From Myxococcales bacterium (lineage in GTDB: Bacteria; Myxococcota_A; Polyangia; Palsa-1104; SHYY01): a stretch of 37,243 bases of DNA. The stretch spans positions 1 to 37,243 of the forward strand of contig JAJXSP010000001.1 in NCBI GenBank assembly GCA_021784515.1, read 5' to 3'. The translations under genes were made by a program, and so were the position numbers. Shown piece after piece: positions 30,949 to 37,243 of this stretch; position 1 is the first letter of the stretch; the number at the start of each line of letters is the position of its first letter. Under the pieces are notes generated by a model that made no database searches, was not told where the DNA came from, and saw only the letters and a program-made list of their open reading frames with translations.

Positions 30949-31535
30949 TCGCGCTCCTGCTCGCCGCCGCCGTCGCCGGCTCGCCGCCCATCGAGGACAG
31001 CGCGTGCGCCGAGCGCGATCTGCAGCTCATGCTGGTGGCGCCGGCACGGGAGAGCGCGAAGAACCGCATGGAGCTGGACCGCCGCCTCGCCGCGGTGCTC
31101 TACGACGAGCGGCAGATCGAGCCGCAGGCCACGCCCCACCATCGCGGCCCCCTCGTCGAGCGGGGGCTGCCCATCGCGCTCGCGCTCGGCGGGCTGGCGC
31201 TGGTGGCGCTCGCCGTCGCGCGCCGCTCACGTCTCAGCGCGGCACTCGGGTGCGCCTTGCTCCTCGGCGCAGGGGCGCTCGCCGCCGCCTTCGCGATCGG
31301 GCCCGAGGTGGCGGCGCGCGAGGCGCAGCGGCGCGTGGCCGCGATGCGCGCCTGCCGCTTCCGCCTCCTCGAAACCCGCAGCCTGCTCGAGCACGGCGAG
31401 CTGGCGCGGTGCCTCGACGACGTCGGCGAGGCGCAGGAGGATCTGCTCGGCTGGGAGGCGATGCTCCGCAACGGCGGGCAGCTCGACACGGCCAGGGTCG
31501 TCAAGCTGCGCAACGAGCTCGCCCACCGCAACTGA
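30945..31535 (+). CDS. hypothetical membrane protein
   Basis: The GTG start overlaps the lgt stop (GTGA at 30945-30948). N-terminal signal-like VIALLLAAAVAG, two central TM segments and a helical C-terminus. No family recognised. Confidence 0.5.
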   Translation: MIALLLAAAVAGSPPIEDSACAERDLQLMLVAPARESAKNRMELDRRLAAVLYDERQIEPQATPHHRGPLVERGLPIALALGGLALVALAVARRSRLSAALGCALLLGAGALAAAFAIGPEVAAREAQRRVAAMRACRFRLLETRSLLEHGELARCLDDVGEAQEDLLGWEAMLRNGGQLDTARVVKLRNELAHRN

Positions 31536-31583
31536 GAGCGCGAAAGACAGACCCCCTCGCTCGTGAGCGCCTCGCGTCGGATC

Positions 31584-31607
31584 GCTCACGCTCACGCTCA
31601 CGCTCAC
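31584..31607. repeat. hexanucleotide microsatellite (GCTCAC)x4 in a convergent intergenic region
   Basis: Perfect 4 units read directly, flanked by the GTGAGCG...CGCTCAC inverted repeat. Confidence 0.9.
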
Positions 31608-31640
31608 GGGGCGGGCGGGGGCTTTTTCCCCCTGAGGCGC

Positions 31641-32156
31641 TCAGCCCGCGTCGGCTTTGTATTGCGCCGTCAGCGCCACGTAGTGCGCCGACGACGACTC
31701 GAGCCACGCCAGCTCGTCCTCGTTCAGCGGGCGCTTCACGCGCGCCGGCGCGCCCACCACCAGGTGCCCCGCGGGGATCCGCGTCCCCGGCGTCACCAGC
31801 GCGCCCGCGCCGACGATGCACCGATCGCCGATCTCCGCCTGGTCGAGCACGATCGCGCCCATGCCGACGATCACCAGGTCGCGCACCGCGCAGCCGTGGA
31901 GGATCACGCCGTGGCCGACGGTGACCCGATTGCCGACGCTGGTCGCGTAGCGGTCGTGGGTCACGTGGATCACCGTGTTGTCCTGGATCGACGTCTCCTC
32001 GCCGATCCGCACGTGGAACACGTCGCCGCGGATCACCGTGCCGAACCAGATGCTCGAACGCGCGCCGACGGTGACGTCGCCGACGATGGTGGCCGTCTCG
32101 GCGATGAACGCCGACGGATCGATCTGCGGCCGCTTGCCCTGGAAGCTCCGGATCAA
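31641..32156 (-). CDS. gamma-class carbonic anhydrase-like / hexapeptide-repeat (LbH) protein (YrdA/PaaY-like)
   Basis: Typical layout P.I...AFIAETATIVGDVTVG..SSIWFGTVIRGD...IGE.TSIQDN.VIH, with His ligand positions and hexapeptide periodicity. Confidence 0.85.
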   Translation of the reverse strand: MIRSFQGKRPQIDPSAFIAETATIVGDVTVGARSSIWFGTVIRGDVFHVRIGEETSIQDNTVIHVTHDRYATSVGNRVTVGHGVILHGCAVRDLVIVGMGAIVLDQAEIGDRCIVGAGALVTPGTRIPAGHLVVGAPARVKRPLNEDELAWLESSSAHYVALTAQYKADAG

Positions 32157-32175
32157 GGCGTGCCCCTCCTCATGT

Positions 32176-32706
32176 TCACATCTTCCACTTGCCGAATGCC
32201 TCGTCGGACAGCGTCTCGAGCAGCTCGCGGTAGAGCGCCGGGTCGCCGCCCTCGGCGCCGCGGGCCCGGGCGGCGTCGGCCGGCGCCGCCTTGGCGCGCT
32301 CCACCACCTCGCGCGCGACCCGGATCGGGGCGCCGCTGCGCAGCGCCAGCGCGATCGCGTCCGACGGGCGGGCGTCCACCTCGACGGGCGCCTGGCCGGC
32401 GCGCTCGACGAGGATCGAGGCGTAGAAGGTGTCGCCGCGCAGGTCGCGCACCGTCACCTGCGCCACCTTCCCGCCGCACTCGGCGAGCAGCGTCTTCATC
32501 AGGTCGTGGGTCATCGGGCGCTGGAGCGGGATCTTCTCCAGCTCGCTGGCGATCGCCGCCGCCTCGACGAGGCCGATGTAGATCGACACCTCGGTGCGGC
32601 CGCGCGGAGCGGCGAGCACCACCACCGGCATGTTGGTGACCGGATCGGCGCACAGGCGCGCGACCTTCATCGCGATCGTCCCCATCGACGTCTTCCGGCA
32701 GGTCAT
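32176..32706 (-). CDS. bifunctional nuclease (BFN/DUF151) family protein
   Basis: PVVVLAAP...IYIGLVEAAAIA...RPMTHDLM core and the typical C-terminal FGKWKM. The ATG at 32706 overlaps the miaB stop (ATGA). An internal start at MKVARL is possible. Confidence 0.72.
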   Translation of the reverse strand: MTCRKTSMGTIAMKVARLCADPVTNMPVVVLAAPRGRTEVSIYIGLVEAAAIASELEKIPLQRPMTHDLMKTLLAECGGKVAQVTVRDLRGDTFYASILVERAGQAPVEVDARPSDAIALALRSGAPIRVAREVVERAKAAPADAARARGAEGGDPALYRELLETLSDEAFGKWKM

Positions 32707-34205
32707 CGGTCCACCAGCGCGCCGGCGAGGGTGTTGGCGCGCGCCTCCTCGATGCGCACGCGCACGAGGCGCCCGGCGAGCGCCTCGGCGCCGGAGCCGC
32801 ACGGCAGCGGGAAGTTCACCATCTGCCCGCCCGAGCTGCGCCCGCACGCCTGTCCGGCGTGGCGCGACGAGGCGCCCTCGACGAGCACCTCCACCTGCCG
32901 CCCGACGAAGCGGGCGAGGCGCCGCGCGGTGATCCCACGCTGCAGCGCCTGCACCTCCTGCAGCCGCTCCGCCTTCACCTGCGCCGGCACGTCGTCGCGC
33001 AGCTTGAGCTTTTGCGCCGGCGTGTCGGGGCGCTCCGAGTACTCGAAGGAGTAGATGCTGTCGAACTCGCAGCGCTCGAGCAGCGTCATCGTCTCGCGGA
33101 AGTCGGCGTCGGTCTCGCCCGGGTAGCCGACGATGATGTCCGTCGAGAGCGAGAGGTCCGGCACCAGCTCACGCACGTGCTCCACGCGCGCCAGGTACTC
33201 CTCGCGCGTGTAGCCGCGGACCATCCGGCGCAGCGTGCGCGTCGAGCCCGACTGCACCGGGAGGTGGAGCCACGAGCCGAGCCGCGGCAGGTCGCGGAAC
33301 GCCTCGGCCACCTTCGGCGTGAAGTCCTTCGGGTGCGAGGTGGTGAAGCGCACGCGGAGCAGGCCCGGCACCGCGTCGACCATCGCCAGGAGCGCCGCGA
33401 AGTCGATCTGCTCGGAACCCTGAGAGGGTTCCGCACCTCCCGCGAACGCGCGTCCCGGCGAAGCCGTGCCGCGCCAACGCGCGATCTCCTCGGGACCCTG
33501 AGAGGGTTCCGCACCTCCCGCGAACGCGCGTCCCGGCGAAGCCGTGCCGCGCCCACGCGGTTCGTCGGCCGCGCCCGCGCCGTGGTACGAGTTCACGTTC
33601 TGCCCGATCAGCGTCACCTCGCGCGCGCCGAGGGCGACGAACTTCGCCACCTCGGCGACCACCTCGGCGGCGGGCCGCGACACCTCGCGCCCGCGCGTGT
33701 GCGGCACGATGCAGAAGGCGCAGTGGTTGTCGCAGCCCTTCTGGATCGTCACCAACTGGGTGACCTTCACCTCTCCCGGGAGCGGGTCGGCGTCGAGGAA
33801 TTGGTAGTCCTCCACGTCGATCACCTCGGTGGTGGCGAGGCGGCGCCGCTCCTCCTTCACCTTGCGCAAAAGCGACGGGACGCGCGCGATCTGATCGGGC
33901 CCGAGGGTGAGGTCGGCGTGTGGCACGCGCTGGAGGAGCCGCGCCCCCTCCTGCTGCGCGACGCAGCCGCCGATCGCCAGCATCCGCTCCCCGCCCTGCT
34001 GCTTCCACTCGCGGAAGAGCCCCGCCGCCGAGGCCACCTTCGCCTCGGCCTTCTCGCGGACCGAGCAGGTGTGGAGGTAGACGAGGTCCGCCTCCTCGGC
34101 GTTCTCGGTGCGCTCGTAGCCGTCGCGGCGCAGCACCTCGGCGAGCCGCTCGACGTCGTAGTCGTTCATCTGGCAACCGAAGCTCTGGATGAAGACCCGA
34201 CGCAC
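32703..34205 (-). CDS. miaB: tRNA-i6A37 methylthiotransferase MiaB, with an in-frame repetitive insert
   Basis: N-terminal SFGCQMNDYD, radical-SAM CDNHCAFCIVP, FTTSHPKDF, and a TRAM-like C-terminus. GTG start at 34205 with GAGGAG upstream. There is a ~55-aa insert between NSYHG and IDFAALL. Confidence 0.9.
   Translation of the reverse strand: MRRVFIQSFGCQMNDYDVERLAEVLRRDGYERTENAEEADLVYLHTCSVREKAEAKVASAAGLFREWKQQGGERMLAIGGCVAQQEGARLLQRVPHADLTLGPDQIARVPSLLRKVKEERRRLATTEVIDVEDYQFLDADPLPGEVKVTQLVTIQKGCDNHCAFCIVPHTRGREVSRPAAEVVAEVAKFVALGAREVTLIGQNVNSYHGAGAADEPRGRGTASPGRAFAGGAEPSQGPEEIARWRGTASPGRAFAGGAEPSQGSEQIDFAALLAMVDAVPGLLRVRFTTSHPKDFTPKVAEAFRDLPRLGSWLHLPVQSGSTRTLRRMVRGYTREEYLARVEHVRELVPDLSLSTDIIVGYPGETDADFRETMTLLERCEFDSIYSFEYSERPDTPAQKLKLRDDVPAQVKAERLQEVQALQRGITARRLARFVGRQVEVLVEGASSRHAGQACGRSSGGQMVNFPLPCGSGAEALAGRLVRVRIEEARANTLAGALVDR
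33411..33553. repeat. two copies of a 65-bp hairpin-containing element (78-bp period) inside miaB
   Basis: 33411-33475 and 33489-33553 differ at one base. Each starts with GGAACCCT-GAG-AGGGTTCC (GGGACCCT in copy 2). The period of 78 bp equals 26 codons, so the frame is kept. Confidence 0.9.
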
Positions 34206-34286
34206 GCGCTCCTCGACGAGAACGCTAGACTCTAGCCGCGGGGTCCGGGGTGGTCAAGGCGAGCACCAGCCCCGAACGGCCTCGCA

Positions 34287-34583
34287 CGTCGACGTCAACG
34301 CTCCGTCACCGTCAACGTGGACGTGGACGTGGACGTTGACGTTGACGTGGACGTGGACGTGGTCGGCGACGGCGACGGCGACGTGGCCGATCAACGTCGT
34401 CGTTCGACGCCAGGACGTCGACGCTGCCGATAACGCGGCCGATGCAAGAGGAGCTACCGACAACGCGACAGCCCGCGGCACCGCCGACCAACCCGCTTCA
34501 CGCTCCCCGGGAGCACGGCTGAGGGTTCGGCCACGTCGCCGTCGCCGTCAAGGACAACGTCAACGTCAACGTTGACGTTGACG
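34287..34583. repeat. hexanucleotide microsatellite blocks arranged as a large imperfect inverted repeat
   Basis: Left arm (GACGTG/GACGTT)n then (GGCGAC)3 ACGTGGCC, ending at 34388. Right arm 34529-34583 is GGCCACGT (CGCCGT)n ... (CAACGT)n. 34368-34388 is the exact reverse complement of 34529-34549 (21 nt). Confidence 0.85.
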
Positions 34584-34585
34584 AT

Positions 34586-35614
34586 TCAGGGTCTGTCGAC
34601 GACCGGCCGGGCCTGCCACGCCTCCGCGACCCGCTGCTTGAGCCATTCGCCGTCGCTGCCGTGGACCTGCAGCGCGCCCACGTCCAGGTCGTCGTACTTG
34701 ATCGCCTGCCACACGAACACGTCGCGGCCGCCCGCATGCAGGCCGGGGATGAAGCCGCCCGGGATCAGCCCCTGCTCGAGGAGCGCGCCCGCGCCGCGCT
34801 GGAGCCGCGCGCTCGACGCGGGCAAGAAGAAGCTCACGTGCTTCATGTGGCCGCGCAGGAGCCAGGCGCTCTCGGCCGCGATCCGGTCGAACACGTCGGC
34901 GCCGGCGTGGAGCACGTGCACCTGCGCGATGTGCTTGCCCGGCGCGAACTCGATCTCGAGGTCGGTCGGGCCGTCCTCGAGCGCGCCGTCGTCGGCGAAC
35001 TGCCGCAGCAGGCCGGACGAGCGCACCAGCTCGCCGAGCCACGGCGTCGCCGTCGGCACCCGCACCGGCGCCGTCTCGAGCGGGCGCACCGGCGTGTAGA
35101 AGAGGATGGTGGAGATCGGATCGCGCCGCTCACCGGGCGCGTCGTCGTAGACCACCCACTTCGGGACGCCCGCGAGGAAGAAGGTGAGCGGCTTGCCCCC
35201 CAGGCGCGCCGCCGTGCGCTGGCTGTAGAGGTGGTGGGTGACGCACTTCATGAAGCCGCCGACGCCGCCCCGCTCGCGCACCCACCCCGTCATCGCCATC
35301 GCCAGGTACGTCTGCACGTGCTGCGAGCGGTACTCGGGCCGCACGATGGAGAGGCCCACCTCGCCGATGCGGTCGTCGCTGAGCGGCTCACCGTTGCGCT
35401 GCAGTTCGAAGAACGGCCGGATCCAGGCGAGGTGCCCCACCACGCGCCCGCCGTCGAGCGCGATGAAGGAGCGCAGGTGCGCGCGCCGGTTCAGCTCGAG
35501 CAGCCGCTCGGGGTAGTAGACGTACTCGCGGTGGAAGGTGAGGCCGTAGACCGAGTAGACGCAGTCGACCAGGGCCTTGGCATGGTCGAGGGTGTCGACG
35601 CTGGTGAACTCCAT
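34586..35614 (-). CDS. GNAT-like acetyltransferase, two-domain (tentative)
   Basis: Protein-like composition, with GGGGGAA upstream of the ATG at 35614. The N-terminal part has a GNAT-like beta4-alpha3 region (VVGHLAWIRP...GEVGLSIVRPEYRSQHVQTYLAMAM). The family assignment is from pattern only. Confidence 0.55.
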   Translation of the reverse strand: MEFTSVDTLDHAKALVDCVYSVYGLTFHREYVYYPERLLELNRRAHLRSFIALDGGRVVGHLAWIRPFFELQRNGEPLSDDRIGEVGLSIVRPEYRSQHVQTYLAMAMTGWVRERGGVGGFMKCVTHHLYSQRTAARLGGKPLTFFLAGVPKWVVYDDAPGERRDPISTILFYTPVRPLETAPVRVPTATPWLGELVRSSGLLRQFADDGALEDGPTDLEIEFAPGKHIAQVHVLHAGADVFDRIAAESAWLLRGHMKHVSFFLPASSARLQRGAGALLEQGLIPGGFIPGLHAGGRDVFVWQAIKYDDLDVGALQVHGSDGEWLKQRVAEAWQARPVVDRP

Positions 35615-35931
35615 TGGTTCCCCCTATCACGGTTCGCGCGCGCGGCGCGAGTTTCCTGGGTTTGTTCGGGCGGCCGTCTCCCCTTCGCGGGGCGCGATCG
35701 GGCTGGCCGGGTCCGATTTTCGTTCGTGGGGCCCTTCGTGGGATCCGATTTCGTTCGAGACGCACGAGACGCTCGGGACGCTCGAAAGACGAGGGACGCG
35801 TCTTTTGTTTCTTCGCCCCGGATCCCCCGGGCGCCCAATTGGCCCGATCGCACGCGAAGAAACGAAAGACCGTCCCCCCAGCGTGTGGAAGACGTCCGCG
35901 ACGTCGCCGGATCCCGCGCCGCCGGAAGCGG

Positions 35932-36708
35932 CTACTCTCCCCCCGCGGCCGCGGCGGCGGCGGGAGGCTGCGCGACCTTCTTCGGGCGCCGCTTCGTGCG
36001 CACCCGCGGCGGCGGGTCGAAGTCCTTGCGCTCCGGCTTGCCCGCGAAGCGATCGTTGCCCGCCTTGCGGAGGTAGCTGGTGAGGCGGCGCAGGTCGGCA
36101 GCCGCCGTTTCGAGCGCCGAGGTCGCCTGGCGGTGCCCGCGCTTCGCGCTCGTGCGGCCGTCCGACGCCCGCTTGGCGAGGTCGAGCTGCTGCTGGAGCG
36201 CCTTCACCGACTGGCTGTCCACCCCGCGTCGGGCGATCGCCTTCTTCCAGTCGTTCTTCGGATTGGAGAGCGCCGCCAGAATGGTATCGACCGCCCTCTC
36301 CGCACCCGGGACGTTGACGGGAACGTGGGTCCCAACCCCGAATGCGCGAAGCGCCGCGAGATCCTGCTCCGCGTTCGGACGACTATCGCGGAACTCGAGG
36401 TCCGCCATGCGGCGCACGTGGGCGATCGCGTCGATCAACTCCTGGAGCGCACCGTCGCGCAGCTCCAGCTCGGCGACCTCCTCGGTCTGGGCGGTGCCGC
36501 GGCGCGAGATCAGCGCCTTCACCTCGGTGAGGATCTGGCGCTGCCGATCCAGCTCCGCGGTGGTGACTCCGATCTCCGCGAGCACCTTGAAGTGCGTGCG
36601 CGCCGCGCCCTGCACGCGCTCGCCATCGAGGACGGAGAATTGGATGCGCGAGAGGTTCACGCCACTACTGATGTGCCCACCGCGCGCCGTTCGCTTGCTG
36701 CTTGTCAT
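35932..36708 (-). CDS. hypothetical helical protein with a basic C-terminal tail
   Basis: 258 aa with GGGAGGGA upstream of the ATG at 36708. All-helical look, a KRRPKK-type basic tail, and slightly lower third-position GC than its neighbours. No family recognised. Confidence 0.6.
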   Translation of the reverse strand: MTSSKRTARGGHISSGVNLSRIQFSVLDGERVQGAARTHFKVLAEIGVTTAELDRQRQILTEVKALISRRGTAQTEEVAELELRDGALQELIDAIAHVRRMADLEFRDSRPNAEQDLAALRAFGVGTHVPVNVPGAERAVDTILAALSNPKNDWKKAIARRGVDSQSVKALQQQLDLAKRASDGRTSAKRGHRQATSALETAAADLRRLTSYLRKAGNDRFAGKPERKDFDPPPRVRTKRRPKKVAQPPAAAAAAGGE

Positions 36709-36798
36709 CTGTCCCTCCCAATTGGTTCGCTCGCGACCCTAACGCTGAATCCGACGCCTGGCAAATTCTTGCACGGTGGGCCAGCGGTCGCCGTCGGT

Positions 36799-37033
36799 GC
36801 GACGCGCCGCGATGGATGCGCTGCGCGACGCGCCGGTCAGGGGGCGCGACGCGCCGGTCAGGGGGCGCGACGCGCCGGTCAGGCGACGCGACGCGCCGGT
36901 CAGGGGACGCGACGCGCCGGTCAGGTGGCGCAACGCGCCGGTCAGGGGACGCAACGCGCCGGTCAGGGGACGCGACGCGCCGGTCAGGGGACGCGACGCG
37001 CCGGTCAGGGGGCGTAACCGCGCGGATCGGGTG
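36799..37033. repeat. 21-bp tandem array, 9 near-perfect units plus degenerate flanking units
   Basis: Unit CGCGACGCGCCGGTCAGGGGG, in exact 21-bp register from 36824 to 37012. Variation is confined to unit positions 4 and 18-21. Degenerate copies lie at 36799-36823 and 37013-37033. Confidence 0.95.
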
Positions 37034-37078
37034 CCCAGCGGCCAGGACCTGAAGCCGGCGAGCGCAGCGAGCCACCCC

Positions 37079-37116
37079 CCTCTCCCGAAGGGAGAGGTCG
37101 CCGCGTCCGCGCGGCG
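37079..37116. repeat. REP-like pair of GC-rich hairpins
   Basis: CCTCTCCC-GAA-GGGAGAGG (37079-37097) and CGCCGCG-TCCG-CGCGGCG (37099-37116), followed by GGTGAGGGAG. They lie about 35 nt downstream of a probable minus-strand stop at 37150. Confidence 0.6.
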
Positions 37117-37149
37117 GGTGAGGGAGACAAAATCGCGATGTCGTCGCGG

Positions 37150-37243
37150 TCACGCGCCCAGGATCGGGTGGCATCCCCGCACCATGGGGAAGCGGCCGAA
37201 CGCCTCGGGGTGCGTGAACGCCGATCGGGCGTGGCGCGACCGA
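37150..37243 (-). CDS. 3' end of an unidentified gene (rest lies outside the window)
   Basis: The minus frame ...SAFTHPEAFGRFPMVRGCHPILGA-stop has about 28/30 G/C at third positions, which is typical of real genes here. Only 31 codons are visible. Confidence 0.35.
   Translation of the reverse strand, partial: RSRHARSAFTHPEAFGRFPMVRGCHPILGA

Noticed and set aside
34189-34575. ORFs encoding (TW)n / (HV)n / (VD)n dipeptide runs in the miaB upstream spacer
   Set aside because: They are by-products of the hexanucleotide microsatellites. They have no SD or credible start context, and their flanks are not protein-like.
36759-36773. Sigma-54 promoter-like TGGCAA-N-TTGCA on the plus strand
   Set aside because: The GG-to-GC spacing is 11 nt instead of the strict 12 nt of the TGGCACG-N4-TTGC consensus. 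No convincing plus-strand gene lies downstream.
36665-37174. Heptad-repeat ORFs across the 21-bp array: minus-strand PDRRVAS x9, plus-strand RRAGQGA / ATRRSGG, and an open plus frame from the ATG at 36812 encoding RDAPVRG x9
   Set aside because: All frames are open simply because the unit lacks stops. The flanking translations are Arg-rich junk that runs through REP-like hairpins. The minus ORF overlaps the well-supported start of the 258-aa gene. A better-looking gene end at 37150 (minus strand) makes the region intergenic. Coding is not formally excluded for the 36812 frame.

Overview
High-GC (roughly 70% or more by eye) bacterial chromosomal segment, most likely from a myxobacterium (Myxococcota). 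Supporting this: an IF3 with a Dsg-type C-terminal tail, a TIGR02266-like PilZ protein, FHA / Ser-Thr-kinase / PEGA signalling proteins, and near-saturated third-position GC in real genes. The window is dominated by core housekeeping genes. About 13 kb on the minus strand forms one co-directional array: hybrid histidine kinase, tRNA-Val, thrS-infC-rpmI-rplT-pheS-pheT-ihfA, a MerR regulator, tRNA-Pro, surE-pcm-M23 peptidase-apt (linked by overlapping stop/start codons) and tRNA-Arg. Elsewhere are tex, yfgM-like/bamB, era-der, lgt, and miaB with a BFN nuclease and a gamma-carbonic-anhydrase-like gene. I found no integrase, transposase, CRISPR array, recognisable defence system or biosynthetic cluster, so I cannot honestly nominate a novel multi-gene system here. 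The items worth a second look are local oddities. (1) infC carries a ~163-aa tail built from near-perfect 27-bp and 18-bp tandem repeats, and its start codon is ambiguous. (2) A 54-bp duplicate of the 3' part of tRNA-Arg(CCU) lies 145 bp from the intact gene, which looks like an att-site scar. (3) miaB contains an in-frame, duplicated, hairpin-containing insert. (4) A PEGA-domain Ser/Thr kinase homologue has HRD changed to HRC and DFG changed to DFD (predicted pseudokinase), and sits 24 bp upstream of a hybrid kinase with a degenerate receiver. (5) A 21-bp x ~9 tandem array lies upstream of an orphan gene. (6) A large inverted repeat made of hexanucleotide microsatellites lies upstream of miaB. 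(7) A ferredoxin-dependent bilin reductase-like gene occurs in what looks like a non-phototroph. (8) thrS lacks the N-terminal TGS domain. Many long ORFs in the supplied track are antisense or off-frame shadows typical of high-GC DNA and were discarded. All coordinates and motifs were read by eye from the sequence. No database search was run.
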